In this document: positions 7,774 to 14,151 of the stretch, piece after piece
Layout of the letters: each line of letters begins with the position of its first letter
Numbering within the stretch: the stretch's first letter is position 1
Origin: a virus
Lineage: Duplodnaviria > Heunggongvirae > Uroviricota > Caudoviricetes
Strand: one strand, 5' to 3'
Virus record (IMG/VR): IMGVR_UViG_2579779049_000022
DNA: 15,002 bases
Made by a program: the position numbers and the translations under genes
The notes under the pieces: generated by a model
Seen by the model: only the letters and a program-made list of their open reading frames with translations
Database searches by the model: none
Told to the model about the DNA's origin: nothing

Positions 7774-8103
7774 TGAACCGCCCCGGAAATCCTGGAGACT
7801 AAACTCCCTGAGAAAGAGGTAAACAGGATGACTAAAAATACTCGTTTTTCCCCCGAAGTCCGTCAGCGGGCGATTCGTATGGTTCTGGAAAGTCAGGATG
7901 AATATGACTCACAGTGGGCGGCAATTTGTTCCATTGCCCCAAAGATTGGCTGTACGCCGGAGACTCTGCGTGTCTGGGTTCGCCAGCATGAGCGGGATAC
8001 CGGGGGCGGTGATGGTGGGCTCACCAGCGCTGAACGTCAGCGTCTGAAAGAGCTGGAACGTGAAAATCGTGAACTGCGCCGCAGTAACGATATCCTTCGC
8101 CTT
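7774..8103 (+). mobile_element. Truncated IS3-family (IS629/IS1203-like) element, left end only
   Basis: Left end TGAACCGCCCCGGAAATCCTGGAGACTAAACTCCCTGAGAAAGAGGTAAACAGG plus orfA, identical to the inverted copy at 1-291. OrfA homology ends after ...RRSNDILR at ~8100 and there is no orfB, so the element is internally deleted. Confidence 0.75.
7828..8103 (+). pseudogene. IS3-family transposase OrfA, truncated at the 3' end
   Basis: Product [23 protein letters not shown]...[10 protein letters not shown] then diverges (LPFVHHG) into flanking prophage sequence. Confidence 0.7.
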
Positions 8104-8185
8104 CCATTTGTTCACCACGGGTAAGCCCGTTTTCAAGCGGATTTTTAATGAACAATTCAATACGTTCTTTGGTAATAGTGGTCAT
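8104..8185 (-). pseudogene. 5' fragment (27 codons) of a prophage gene truncated by the IS; N-terminus resembles the DUF551 gene
   Basis: ATG at 8183-8185 with RBS AAGGAG upstream. Encodes [28 protein letters not shown], compare MTTFTKERLL of 5960-6856. The frame runs into the IS remnant. Confidence 0.5.
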
Positions 8186-8195
8186 GTGTTACTCC

Positions 8196-8459
8196 TTAAC
8201 CCGCAGTGCTTTCAACTGATGAGGGGAACAAAATCTTTTCATCAAACCCTGCATTCATATCATGAACAGCAACACACCAATCCATCGACGAACGATTATC
8301 AAGAGCCTCCATGATTTCATCCATGCGGCGTAGGTCATACAGGTAAATGCTTTTATCGCCAATGGTGTAAAAGCCAATTTTTTTCGGTGATGGACAGCGA
8401 TCAAGAACTTCCTGTAATTCGTTCAACCATGCCCGTTCTTTTTTTGTCAAAGTTGCCAT
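8196..8459 (-). CDS. Hypothetical prophage protein (87 aa; start trimmed to MATLTKKERAWLNELQ)
   Basis: RBS AAGGAAA upstream of ATG 8457-8459. The upstream part of the track ORF lacks a start signal. Confidence 0.5.
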   Translation of the reverse strand: MATLTKKERAWLNELQEVLDRCPSPKKIGFYTIGDKSIYLYDLRRMDEIMEALDNRSSMDWCVAVHDMNAGFDEKILFPSSVESTAG

Positions 8460-8460
8460 A

Positions 8461-8598
8461 TCAGTTTTCCTTATACGGATTAATTTTATTGTGCAGTGTG
8501 TTGAATGACGCCCATACCACGTCGTTATACAATTCAATAACTGGCTCAATTATTTTTCCGATTATCCAGACTAGGATTAACGGGGATATCGGTATCAT
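8461..8598 (-). CDS. Possible small hydrophobic protein (45 aa)
   Basis: ORF MIPISPLILVWIIGKIIEPVIELYNDVVWASFNTLHNKINPYKEN, not in the supplied track. Its TGA stop lies 1 nt before the downstream ATG. No clear SD. Confidence 0.3.
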   Translation of the reverse strand: MIPISPLILVWIIGKIIEPVIELYNDVVWASFNTLHNKINPYKEN

Positions 8599-8710
8599 CA
8601 ACACGATAAACAGAATGAGAAACAGAAATTCTGTTGTTCTACTCTTTCGCGGATATTTTTTCTAAATAATGTGACCATTCATTACCGCCCTTTCGGGCGG
8701 CCTCCTGACA

Positions 8711-8923
8711 TTAATCGTTGTGATAACTCATAGCTTCATTTGCAGCATCAACTGGATCAACCTCCCTCCAGCAATAATTTGGGTCGGCTCCTTCAGGCGT
8801 CCACGGTTCTAATTCATTTTTTGCCGCATTCTCATCGCCAGTAATTTTAAAAATCTGCTCAGAGAATTTTCTTGCCCACTCGTTATATTTTTCCGCATTA
8901 ATGGCTTTCTGTGTATTTAACAT
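8711..8923 (-). CDS. Hypothetical acidic small protein (70 aa)
   Basis: Strong RBS GGAGGTG 5 nt upstream of the ATG. Followed after the stop by a GC hairpin CCGCCC-tttc-GGGCGG (8685-8700). Confidence 0.55.
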   Translation of the reverse strand: MLNTQKAINAEKYNEWARKFSEQIFKITGDENAAKNELEPWTPEGADPNYCWREVDPVDAANEAMSYHND

Positions 8924-8973
8924 AAATACACCTCCAGTTAAGGATTAGATTTTATTTACAGCGCTAAATTTAT

Positions 8974-9330
8974 TTATTCAGTTCTGGATTTTGTCACCCT
9001 GCGTATCCGCGCTTTCGCGTTACGCTCAATCTGAATTAACTTTTCTATATTTTTCCGCCTTTCCTGTTCCTCCTGGCGCAATAGCTTTACATCATCTGCC
9101 AGCCTAGTTTCTCTTTTCGCCACAGAGAGCATCCAGTCAAATGGCTCCACAACTGCACCGCAGATTTTACAGCGGACCTGACGCTCTTTTTCGTCAACCC
9201 GGACAGAGGCGTGATGACAATATGGTCTTTCCGATGGCTCATAAAGAAAATTAACCTGATTACGAGGGTCATCCTCTTTTACCGGAAATAAAACGATATT
9301 GCTTAACTCATCTTCTGGTTTTATTTCCAT
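8974..9330 (-). CDS. Zinc-ribbon-containing hypothetical protein
   Basis: AAGGAG RBS upstream. Cys/His cluster PYCHHASVRVDEKERQVRCKICGAVVEPFDW, then a basic coiled-coil-like C-terminus. Confidence 0.55.
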   Translation of the reverse strand: MEIKPEDELSNIVLFPVKEDDPRNQVNFLYEPSERPYCHHASVRVDEKERQVRCKICGAVVEPFDWMLSVAKRETRLADDVKLLRQEEQERRKNIEKLIQIERNAKARIRRVTKSRTE

Positions 9331-9769
9331 GCTCCTCTCCTTTGATGCGAATGCCAGCGACGCGTAATGCGTGTTCTAGGTCAATCAGGTAAAGCCAACT
9401 GCCATTTTCTTTAGGTATCATGACATGTCGCTCATCTGCATTTATCGGGTGTCCATATCGAAGGTCGTAGCGAGTCGGTAATTGAACTTCCCGCGCATCC
9501 AGTTCAGCAATACGCTTGCTCCCATCAGAGATAACGCCTTCGTAATACTCACGCTGCTCGTTGAGTTGTGATTTTGCTTCTTCCAGTCCATCCAGCAAAC
9601 CAGCGATAATATCCGCTTCCCGATGACGGATATGACGCTTAAACGCAGCAAGAGCCGCATCACAATCCCGTTCAGCATTTGGGCTGTCCGGGGTAGCCTG
9701 ATACCACGCCAGCGTCGACTGATAGTTTTGTGCTGCCTCACGAAGCGCCTCATAGTTAACCTCTCTCAT
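9308..9769 (-). CDS. ead/Ea22-like family prophage protein (paralogue 2, C-terminally extended by loss of the stop codon)
   Basis: Shares YEALREAA, LLDxLEEAK, RIAELxAREVxLP and AxRxAGIRIKGE with 7052-7459. The junction sequence CTCCTTTGATGCGAATGCCAG repeats at 7055-7075 and 9336-9356. Here the equivalent stop is GAG, so the ORF runs 24 nt into the next gene. Confidence 0.6.
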   Translation of the reverse strand: MREVNYEALREAAQNYQSTLAWYQATPDSPNAERDCDAALAAFKRHIRHREADIIAGLLDGLEEAKSQLNEQREYYEGVISDGSKRIAELDAREVQLPTRYDLRYGHPINADERHVMIPKENGSWLYLIDLEHALRVAGIRIKGEEHGNKTRR

Positions 9770-10062
9770 TGAGCCACCTCCTGATAAATCACCGCATGCC
9801 CCAGTCTCTCCGCCAGTGCCAGCTCTGCCTTAGCGCCCGCTGACCGCTGCCAGCCATTCAGCATGTAAATCGCATCCACACAACGAATCATTGCCATGCA
9901 AATATCCATGTAGTGCGGCTGTGTCAGCCCGTCCGGAAGTACTGCCGGGTTTAAGACGGTATGCCCTTCCCGTTTCAGTTCCTCTTCCACCTTGTGAAAT
10001 GCCTCACGGTTGAAATTTTCATATCCCGTCATTGGACCGGCAATATAAACTCTCACCCTCAC
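9766..10062 (-). CDS. DUF4406-like protein (nucleoside 2-deoxyribosyltransferase-like fold)
   Basis: N-terminal MRVRVYIAGPMTGYENFNREAF (YIAGPM motif) recalled as the DUF4406 signature. GTG start overlaps the upstream stop (GTGA); AGGAGGTGA RBS. ATGA overlap with the downstream gene. Confidence 0.65.
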   Translation of the reverse strand: MRVRVYIAGPMTGYENFNREAFHKVEEELKREGHTVLNPAVLPDGLTQPHYMDICMAMIRCVDAIYMLNGWQRSAGAKAELALAERLGHAVIYQEVAQ

Positions 10063-10481
10063 TCCATCACCTCCTGAAAGTTTCCCCGATAGAACGCCAG
10101 CACACGCTGCATAACTTCGCTCCTCCTGCTCTCACGACAAATTATGTTCTGGTGCCTGTCGTAGCGGCGTATTTCGCCGTCTGGTAACGACCAGATAAGG
10201 TCCGGATCAACCACTGCAGGTTTCTTCAGCTTTGCCCTTGAGAGCTTTTTACGGGTATTTTGCCAGTCCTTACGCGCCTGTTCAGACGGGAATAACCCGT
10301 AACCAGAGTTGTATACATCGCCACTGGCAACCAGCTCTCTGGCCAGAACGCTCATCAGATATCTTGTTGCCCCAGTTTTAGCTTCCAGTTGTCGTAACGT
10401 CTCGCGCCCACTCTGGCGTACGAGTTCAAGAACCTGCCCTTTAATTTTTTCCCGCTCTTCTTGTGTAAAAACTTTTGCCAC
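10059..10481 (-). CDS. Hypothetical protein directly downstream of the replication gene (possible replication accessory/DNA-binding protein)
   Basis: GTG start with AGGAGGG RBS. N-terminal region LELVRQSGRETLRQLEAKTGATRYLMSVLARELVASG is wHTH-like. Function not recognised. Confidence 0.5.
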   Translation of the reverse strand: MAKVFTQEEREKIKGQVLELVRQSGRETLRQLEAKTGATRYLMSVLARELVASGDVYNSGYGLFPSEQARKDWQNTRKKLSRAKLKKPAVVDPDLIWSLPDGEIRRYDRHQNIICRESRRSEVMQRVLAFYRGNFQEVME

Positions 10482-10521
10482 AAGCCCTCCTGAAAATTAC
10501 CTCATGACCAGAAATTAACAC

Positions 10522-11592
10522 TTACCCCCTGAAGCCCGGCGGAATTTCGTTATCCGGTTCAGAAATATGATTCACACAACGCTGGTTGTTCGTGCCGCTT
10601 ACCGGGAGCAACCAGGGGTTCTCAAAATTCCGGTCCGGTCCAAAAAACGTCGTCGCTCGCTGAACAAATTCCGTTCCCGTTTTCCCGGTAGCCGCCAAGT
10701 ATCTTGCGTAACGCCTCACGCCATCCAGCATGGCCTCTGGTGGCACCCCCTCGCGTAATCTGGCCTTCCAGGCACTGAAAGCGGATTTCTTCGGGTTTGC
10801 CCCAGCACGCAACGGGTACTCCCGCCAGACCTGTTCGAACACATCCGGATAATCCACTCGTCCCACAGACTGACCGGTGTTTTCCGGGACTACCCGATCG
10901 GCTTCCCGCTGAATGGCGGAATCGGCTTCAGGCTGCTGCAGTTGGTGTGATTGCTCCGGCCTTGCGGTCATCACCTGCTGCACAGCGCCCGAATCGGCTT
11001 TCAGCGCATACGCTGAATCGGCTTCCGGTGTCGTGCCTGCTGGCTGACCAGGATTGACGGTCTGAACATCCCCTGCCTGGTTCGTGGCGTTTTTTACGCC
11101 ATGGACCATAGTGTTTTGATCTTCTTGATCTGTATCTTTATCTGTATCTTTATCTGTCGTGACTCGTCGTGACATGTGCGTGACATTTCGTGACGCGCCG
11201 TGACAATCGCCATTTTGTTCCCGCTTTCTTTCCCTCTCTCGCTGCGCCCTCTTGCGCTCTGCAGGAGATTTTGCGGTTTGCGAAATATTGCCGTTGTCCT
11301 CTTTAAGCACCTGGCGTTTTTCCCATCCAGTGATTAAATCACCATCAAGTACCCGCCCCTGCATCGTCTGCAAAATTGAATCAATTACCTCTTCTGTCAC
11401 GTCGAGCGCACTTGCCAAATCTTCTGTCGTGACATCAATGTGACCTCGCGTGACATTTCGTGACGCGCTCACCAGGAGGTGGATATACACTGCCATCACT
11501 GTTGCAATTGGCTGCCCTGACACCCTGGCAATTGTTCGCCACTTAGGGTCATTTGGCATGTCATGCCATAATCTGAGCCAGGCGTTAGCCAT
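10522..11592 (-). CDS. Phage replication initiator / replisome-organiser-like protein with internal origin-like iterons
   Basis: Position immediately after the Cro-like and YdaT-like genes. Architecture is N-domain, low-complexity linker (DKDTDKDTD, Q/P/T-rich), C-domain (DYPDVFEQVWREYPLRAGANPKKSAFSAWKARL...TFFGPDRNFENPW). Iteron-like CGTGAC repeats and an AT-rich tandem repeat lie inside the coding sequence, as in the lambda O gene. Confidence 0.65.
   Translation of the reverse strand: MANAWLRLWHDMPNDPKWRTIARVSGQPIATVMAVYIHLLVSASRNVTRGHIDVTTEDLASALDVTEEVIDSILQTMQGRVLDGDLITGWEKRQVLKEDNGNISQTAKSPAERKRAQRERERKREQNGDCHGASRNVTHMSRRVTTDKDTDKDTDQEDQNTMVHGVKNATNQAGDVQTVNPGQPAGTTPEADSAYALKADSGAVQQVMTARPEQSHQLQQPEADSAIQREADRVVPENTGQSVGRVDYPDVFEQVWREYPLRAGANPKKSAFSAWKARLREGVPPEAMLDGVRRYARYLAATGKTGTEFVQRATTFFGPDRNFENPWLLPVSGTNNQRCVNHISEPDNEIPPGFRG
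11128..11157. repeat. 12-bp tandem repeat (TGTATCTTTATC x ~2.5), AT-rich, adjacent to iterons
   Basis: Direct reading. Encodes DKDTDKDTD in the minus-strand replication gene. Confidence 0.85.
11158..11204. repeat. Iteron-like array A: five CGTGAC hexamers at 10-11 bp spacing
   Basis: CGTGAC starts at 11158, 11168, 11179, 11189 and 11199, a helical-turn periodicity. Overlaps the 21-bp direct repeat GCGTGACATTTCGTGACGCGC (11178-11198). Confidence 0.7.
11396..11468. repeat. Iteron-like array B: inverted GTCACG (11396) then CGTGAC/TGTGAC hexamers at 11428, 11439, 11449, 11459
   Basis: Contains a second exact copy of GCGTGACATTTCGTGACGCGC (11448-11468), 270 bp from the first. Confidence 0.65.
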
Positions 11593-11663
11593 ACTCACCT
11601 CTTCTGATACCGAATCTTTTTACTCACGAGTTGCCGGAAGCGATTCGATACGGCTATTGTCAG

Positions 11664-12089
11664 TCAATGTACTGCCACAGCATTTCCTGCCGGGCCACCA
11701 CGGTTCATCTGATTGAAACCGGCGATTGCCACTGCGACAAAATCATCAGCGTCTCTCACCAGTCGCTCCCGCGTCTCCACCAGCTCCCGAAAATAAGCTG
11801 AACTGTGGCTGCGCATTCTGGCCACCAGCAAAGGTGGCATTGCCTTTTCGATCGCTGGTAACAACGCCTGAATTTTTTCAACTGCATCAGGGGTGTCTTT
11901 CTCTACCCAGCGGAAAATTTTCTGGGTATTGCGAGCCAGGGCTTCCGGATGGCTGTCGTCATACAGTTCAGGAAACGTCATACCCAACTCAAAATAAGCC
12001 TGGGTTATTCCAGCTGCTGGAACTTTTTCGCCATCAGGACGCGCCCAGGCATTCATCGCCATGCGGATGTGTTCATGCTTGATTTTCAT
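11664..12089 (-). CDS. ydaT: YdaT-like prophage protein (CII-position regulator)
   Basis: N-terminal MKIKHEHI... matches recalled Rac YdaT. Sits directly downstream of the Cro-like gene with 17 bp overlap; AGGAG RBS 8 nt upstream of the ATG. Confidence 0.6.
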   Translation of the reverse strand: MKIKHEHIRMAMNAWARPDGEKVPAAGITQAYFELGMTFPELYDDSHPEALARNTQKIFRWVEKDTPDAVEKIQALLPAIEKAMPPLLVARMRSHSSAYFRELVETRERLVRDADDFVAVAIAGFNQMNRGGPAGNAVAVH

Positions 12090-12354
12090 GAATCAAGCTC
12101 CTAGTAAGTGGTTGTGTTAACGTTTTGGTATCTTCCAGCTCGGGCCAAATATTCATCCAATCAAAAGGCCTTAGTTGCTGACGTGTAACTTCACCATTAC
12201 TGGCTCGCTCAATAAGGACACATAACGATGCCCCTAACATTTGACCTTTACTCAATGCCTTTCTTAGATAACCGATGCTAGTACCACACTCACATGCAAA
12301 CATACGCTGTTCATCTGACGAAAGAGAATTGAGAAATATTCTTAATTCTTCCAT
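12073..12354 (-). CDS. ydaS: YdaS-like Cro-type HTH regulator (first gene of the rightward-equivalent early operon)
   Basis: Strong RBS AAGGAG 5 nt upstream of the ATG. Motif ...CGTSIGYLRKAL...NGEVTRQQLRP resembles the YdaS/Cro-like HTH family. Divergent from the repressor gene. Confidence 0.65.
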   Translation of the reverse strand: MEELRIFLNSLSSDEQRMFACECGTSIGYLRKALSKGQMLGASLCVLIERASNGEVTRQQLRPFDWMNIWPELEDTKTLTQPLTRSLIHENQA

Positions 12355-12453
12355 AGCTACTCCTTAGTAAACACAGCAAGAATACCCACAGGTAAACAAA
12401 AGTCAATACCCTTGGGTTGTTTACCTTGCGGTAATCGCATCTATTATTTACCT
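12355..12453. promoter_or_regulatory. Immunity-switch intergenic region: divergent promoters with operator-like inverted repeats
   Basis: 15-bp inverted repeat CCCACAGGTAAACAA (12385-12399) / TTGTTTACCTTGCGG (12417-12431), 13/15 matches. Central near-palindrome ACCCTTGGGT (12406-12415). Minus-strand promoter candidate TTGACT(12401-12406)-16 bp-TATTCT(12379-12384). TATTAT hexamer at 12442-12447, 6 bp upstream of the repressor ATG. Confidence 0.6.
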
Positions 12454-12873
12454 ATGGACAAATATGAATTTAGACGACAACAACTCATCAAAATTCGTGA
12501 TGAGAAATGCGATGGTAAAGCGGTTAACGTGGCCAGAAAGATCGGTCGCGAGCCTTCTTATGTATCAAGAATGTTGTACCCAGAGGGGAAAAAAGGAAAA
12601 AAACGGATCGCTGATGATATGGTGGAGATTATAGAAGAGTCCTTTGGGTTACCCCGGGGATGGATGGATGGTATCGTTTCATCATCAACGAACACAGCCT
12701 CCAATTATGAAACAAGGGTTCTAACGCCACGACAACGTATTTTTTTAGATCTCTTAGACGAACTGCCAGAAAGTGAAGCGGATAACTTATTAAAAACTCT
12801 TGAAGAGAAAAAACAGTATTACAATATGATCTACGAAGAAATCCGTAAAAAGAAAGCACAAAACGCATCATAA
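12454..12873 (+). CDS. Prophage repressor, DicA/RacR-like HTH protein (no S24 peptidase domain)
   Basis: HTH segment AVNVARKIGREPSYVSRML. C-terminal ...ELPESEADNLLKTLEEKK resembles recalled DicA ...ALPESEQDTQLAEM. Divergent from the Cro-like gene. ATG at 12454 preferred over upstream TTG; no SD, so possibly leaderless. Confidence 0.65.
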   Translation: MDKYEFRRQQLIKIRDEKCDGKAVNVARKIGREPSYVSRMLYPEGKKGKKRIADDMVEIIEESFGLPRGWMDGIVSSSTNTASNYETRVLTPRQRIFLDLLDELPESEADNLLKTLEEKKQYYNMIYEEIRKKKAQNAS

Positions 12874-12911
12874 CTCACCAAACAACCAGTCACCAGTTAA
12901 GACACATCAAA

Positions 12912-12956
12912 AAATTACCCATGGGTATTTACTTTTTAAATACCCATGGGTATCCT
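12912..12956. promoter_or_regulatory. Twin perfect palindromes TACCCATGGGTA (12916-12927, 12941-12952) forming one extended inverted repeat; candidate OL-type operators and/or terminator hairpin
   Basis: Read directly. The sites are separated by TTTACTTTTTAAA and followed by T-rich TCCTTCCTTTC. A TTTACT...TATCCT promoter-like pair overlaps them. A related half-site lies in the 12355-12453 switch region. Confidence 0.55.
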
Positions 12957-13138
12957 TCCTTTCATACCAACCCACCCCGTCCCACAGAACGCAGGGCAAT
13001 ACTTCGAGTTACCAGGCAGTGGTCAGGGGGTAAGTAGCCAGCCCGAGGCGTAAGAACATGACGGCAGGGTTCAACTTTAATAACTATGCAGCAGGTTTTT
13101 GTTCCGCTACCCCGGCGTTAAGGGGAAATGAGGTCAGC

Positions 13139-13291
13139 ATGGATACTATCGATCTTGGCAACAGCGAATCTCTGGTATGCGGCGTGTTTCCCAACCAGGA
13201 CGGTACGTTTACCGCGATGACGTATACCAAAAGTAAAACGTTTAAAACCGAAGCTGGCGCGCATCGCTGGTTAGCAAGAAACTCCGACTGA
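13139..13291 (+). CDS. YdfA/YdaF-like small prophage protein (50 aa)
   Basis: RBS GAGGT 4 nt upstream of ATG 13139 (the track ORF begins earlier without signals). Product MDTIDLGNSESLVCGVFPNQDGTFTAMTYTKSKTFKTEAGAHRWLARNSD. First gene after the repressor, as ydfA is after dicA in Qin. Confidence 0.55.
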   Translation: MDTIDLGNSESLVCGVFPNQDGTFTAMTYTKSKTFKTEAGAHRWLARNSD

Positions 13292-13302
13292 TGAGGTTGA
13301 CG

Positions 13303-13941
13303 ATGGAATTTAAAGATTTACCTCCTTCAATCCAGGAGATTGCAGCACACACACTTCGTCATCGTCTGAACGAACTTGAATTGGAATCGGTAACGAAAAA
13401 AGACACTGATAATATGGCTCGTAATGTGCGCGATGCGTTTACCGGATTGTATTTCTGTGCGTCTATAAATAAACACGACTCAGAGAGTGTGGCAAATAAA
13501 ATTGCAGAAACGACAGCGCAAAACATCAATACGAAACCAACGGAAGAAGAAATTGATCAGTTTGCTCATGATGCTGGTTTAAAAAACAAGAAAGAAAAAT
13601 CGCCATATGCGGGGAACATGTTTGTTTATGACAATCTCATCAGAATTCGTGGCGAAATTCCGGCGGAATACCTGGCAAGAGTCCATCAGGCATTGCTTAA
13701 AAATTTGGAAACAGAATTATTTGATGGCAACACTAACGGTTTCTTCATGGTATCAGGCCTTGATAAAGACTGGGATGCAGAAAAACGCTGGAATGTTGCT
13801 ACATGGTTATTCAGTAACAGAGCCGCTGCACTGGAAGCTTCGGCATGTATTTGCGGCCTGTTCTTAACAGACCACAAATATAATCTGGATGTGTACAGTT
13901 ATATTTACGCTGAACACGGTCCACTCTGGATTGACTGGTAA
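13303..13941 (+). CDS. Hypothetical protein (212 aa), AT-rich cargo gene in the repressor-side operon
   Basis: RBS GAGGT 5 nt upstream of ATG 13303. Codons are A/T-rich compared with neighbours. No recognisable motif. Confidence 0.55.
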   Translation: MEFKDLPPSIQEIAAHTLRHRLNELELESVTKKDTDNMARNVRDAFTGLYFCASINKHDSESVANKIAETTAQNINTKPTEEEIDQFAHDAGLKNKKEKSPYAGNMFVYDNLIRIRGEIPAEYLARVHQALLKNLETELFDGNTNGFFMVSGLDKDWDAEKRWNVATWLFSNRAAALEASACICGLFLTDHKYNLDVYSYIYAEHGPLWIDW

Positions 13942-14151
13942 TTATAAGGAAACACCAGCAGGGCCGCGGCGACCAACAGAACGATTAAAATCAATAATGC
14001 CATTATAAAGGACATTATTTAATTTATCGTCGAATGCTGATTCTGTGAGCCTCAACTCTGAATGAGTTTTTAATAACCCTGATTGCCTGAGTTGATTTAC
14101 CAGGCATTCAATCTGTTTTTCAATAAGCGGATTTCTTTTTTTGTTTGGCAT
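13942..14151 (-). CDS. Hypothetical small protein (69 aa), convergent partner of 13303-13941
   Basis: Strong RBS GGAGGA 4-5 nt upstream of ATG 14149-14151. Lys-rich N-terminus MPNKKRNPLIEKQIECLVNQLRQSG. Its stop abuts the stop of the plus-strand gene. Confidence 0.45.
   Translation of the reverse strand: MPNKKRNPLIEKQIECLVNQLRQSGLLKTHSELRLTESAFDDKLNNVLYNGIIDFNRSVGRRGPAGVSL

Noticed and set aside
7909-8314. ORFs 7909-8160 (minus) and 8060-8314 (plus)
   Set aside because: They overlap the IS orfA remnant and the adjacent gene stub in alternative frames with no translation signals.
8387-8665. Plus-strand 92-aa ORF
   Set aside because: Antisense to the operon. The minus-strand small ORF 8461-8598 coupled to the downstream gene explains the region better.
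11100-11470. Possible CRISPR array suggested by the repeated CGTGAC-containing units
   Set aside because: Repeat units are only 6-21 bp, irregularly spaced at about 10 bp, and lie inside a coding gene. This fits iterons, not CRISPR repeats and spacers.
11777-11784. Chi-like octamer (GCTGGTGG on the minus strand)
   Set aside because: A single occurrence is within chance expectation for this GC content, with no supporting context.
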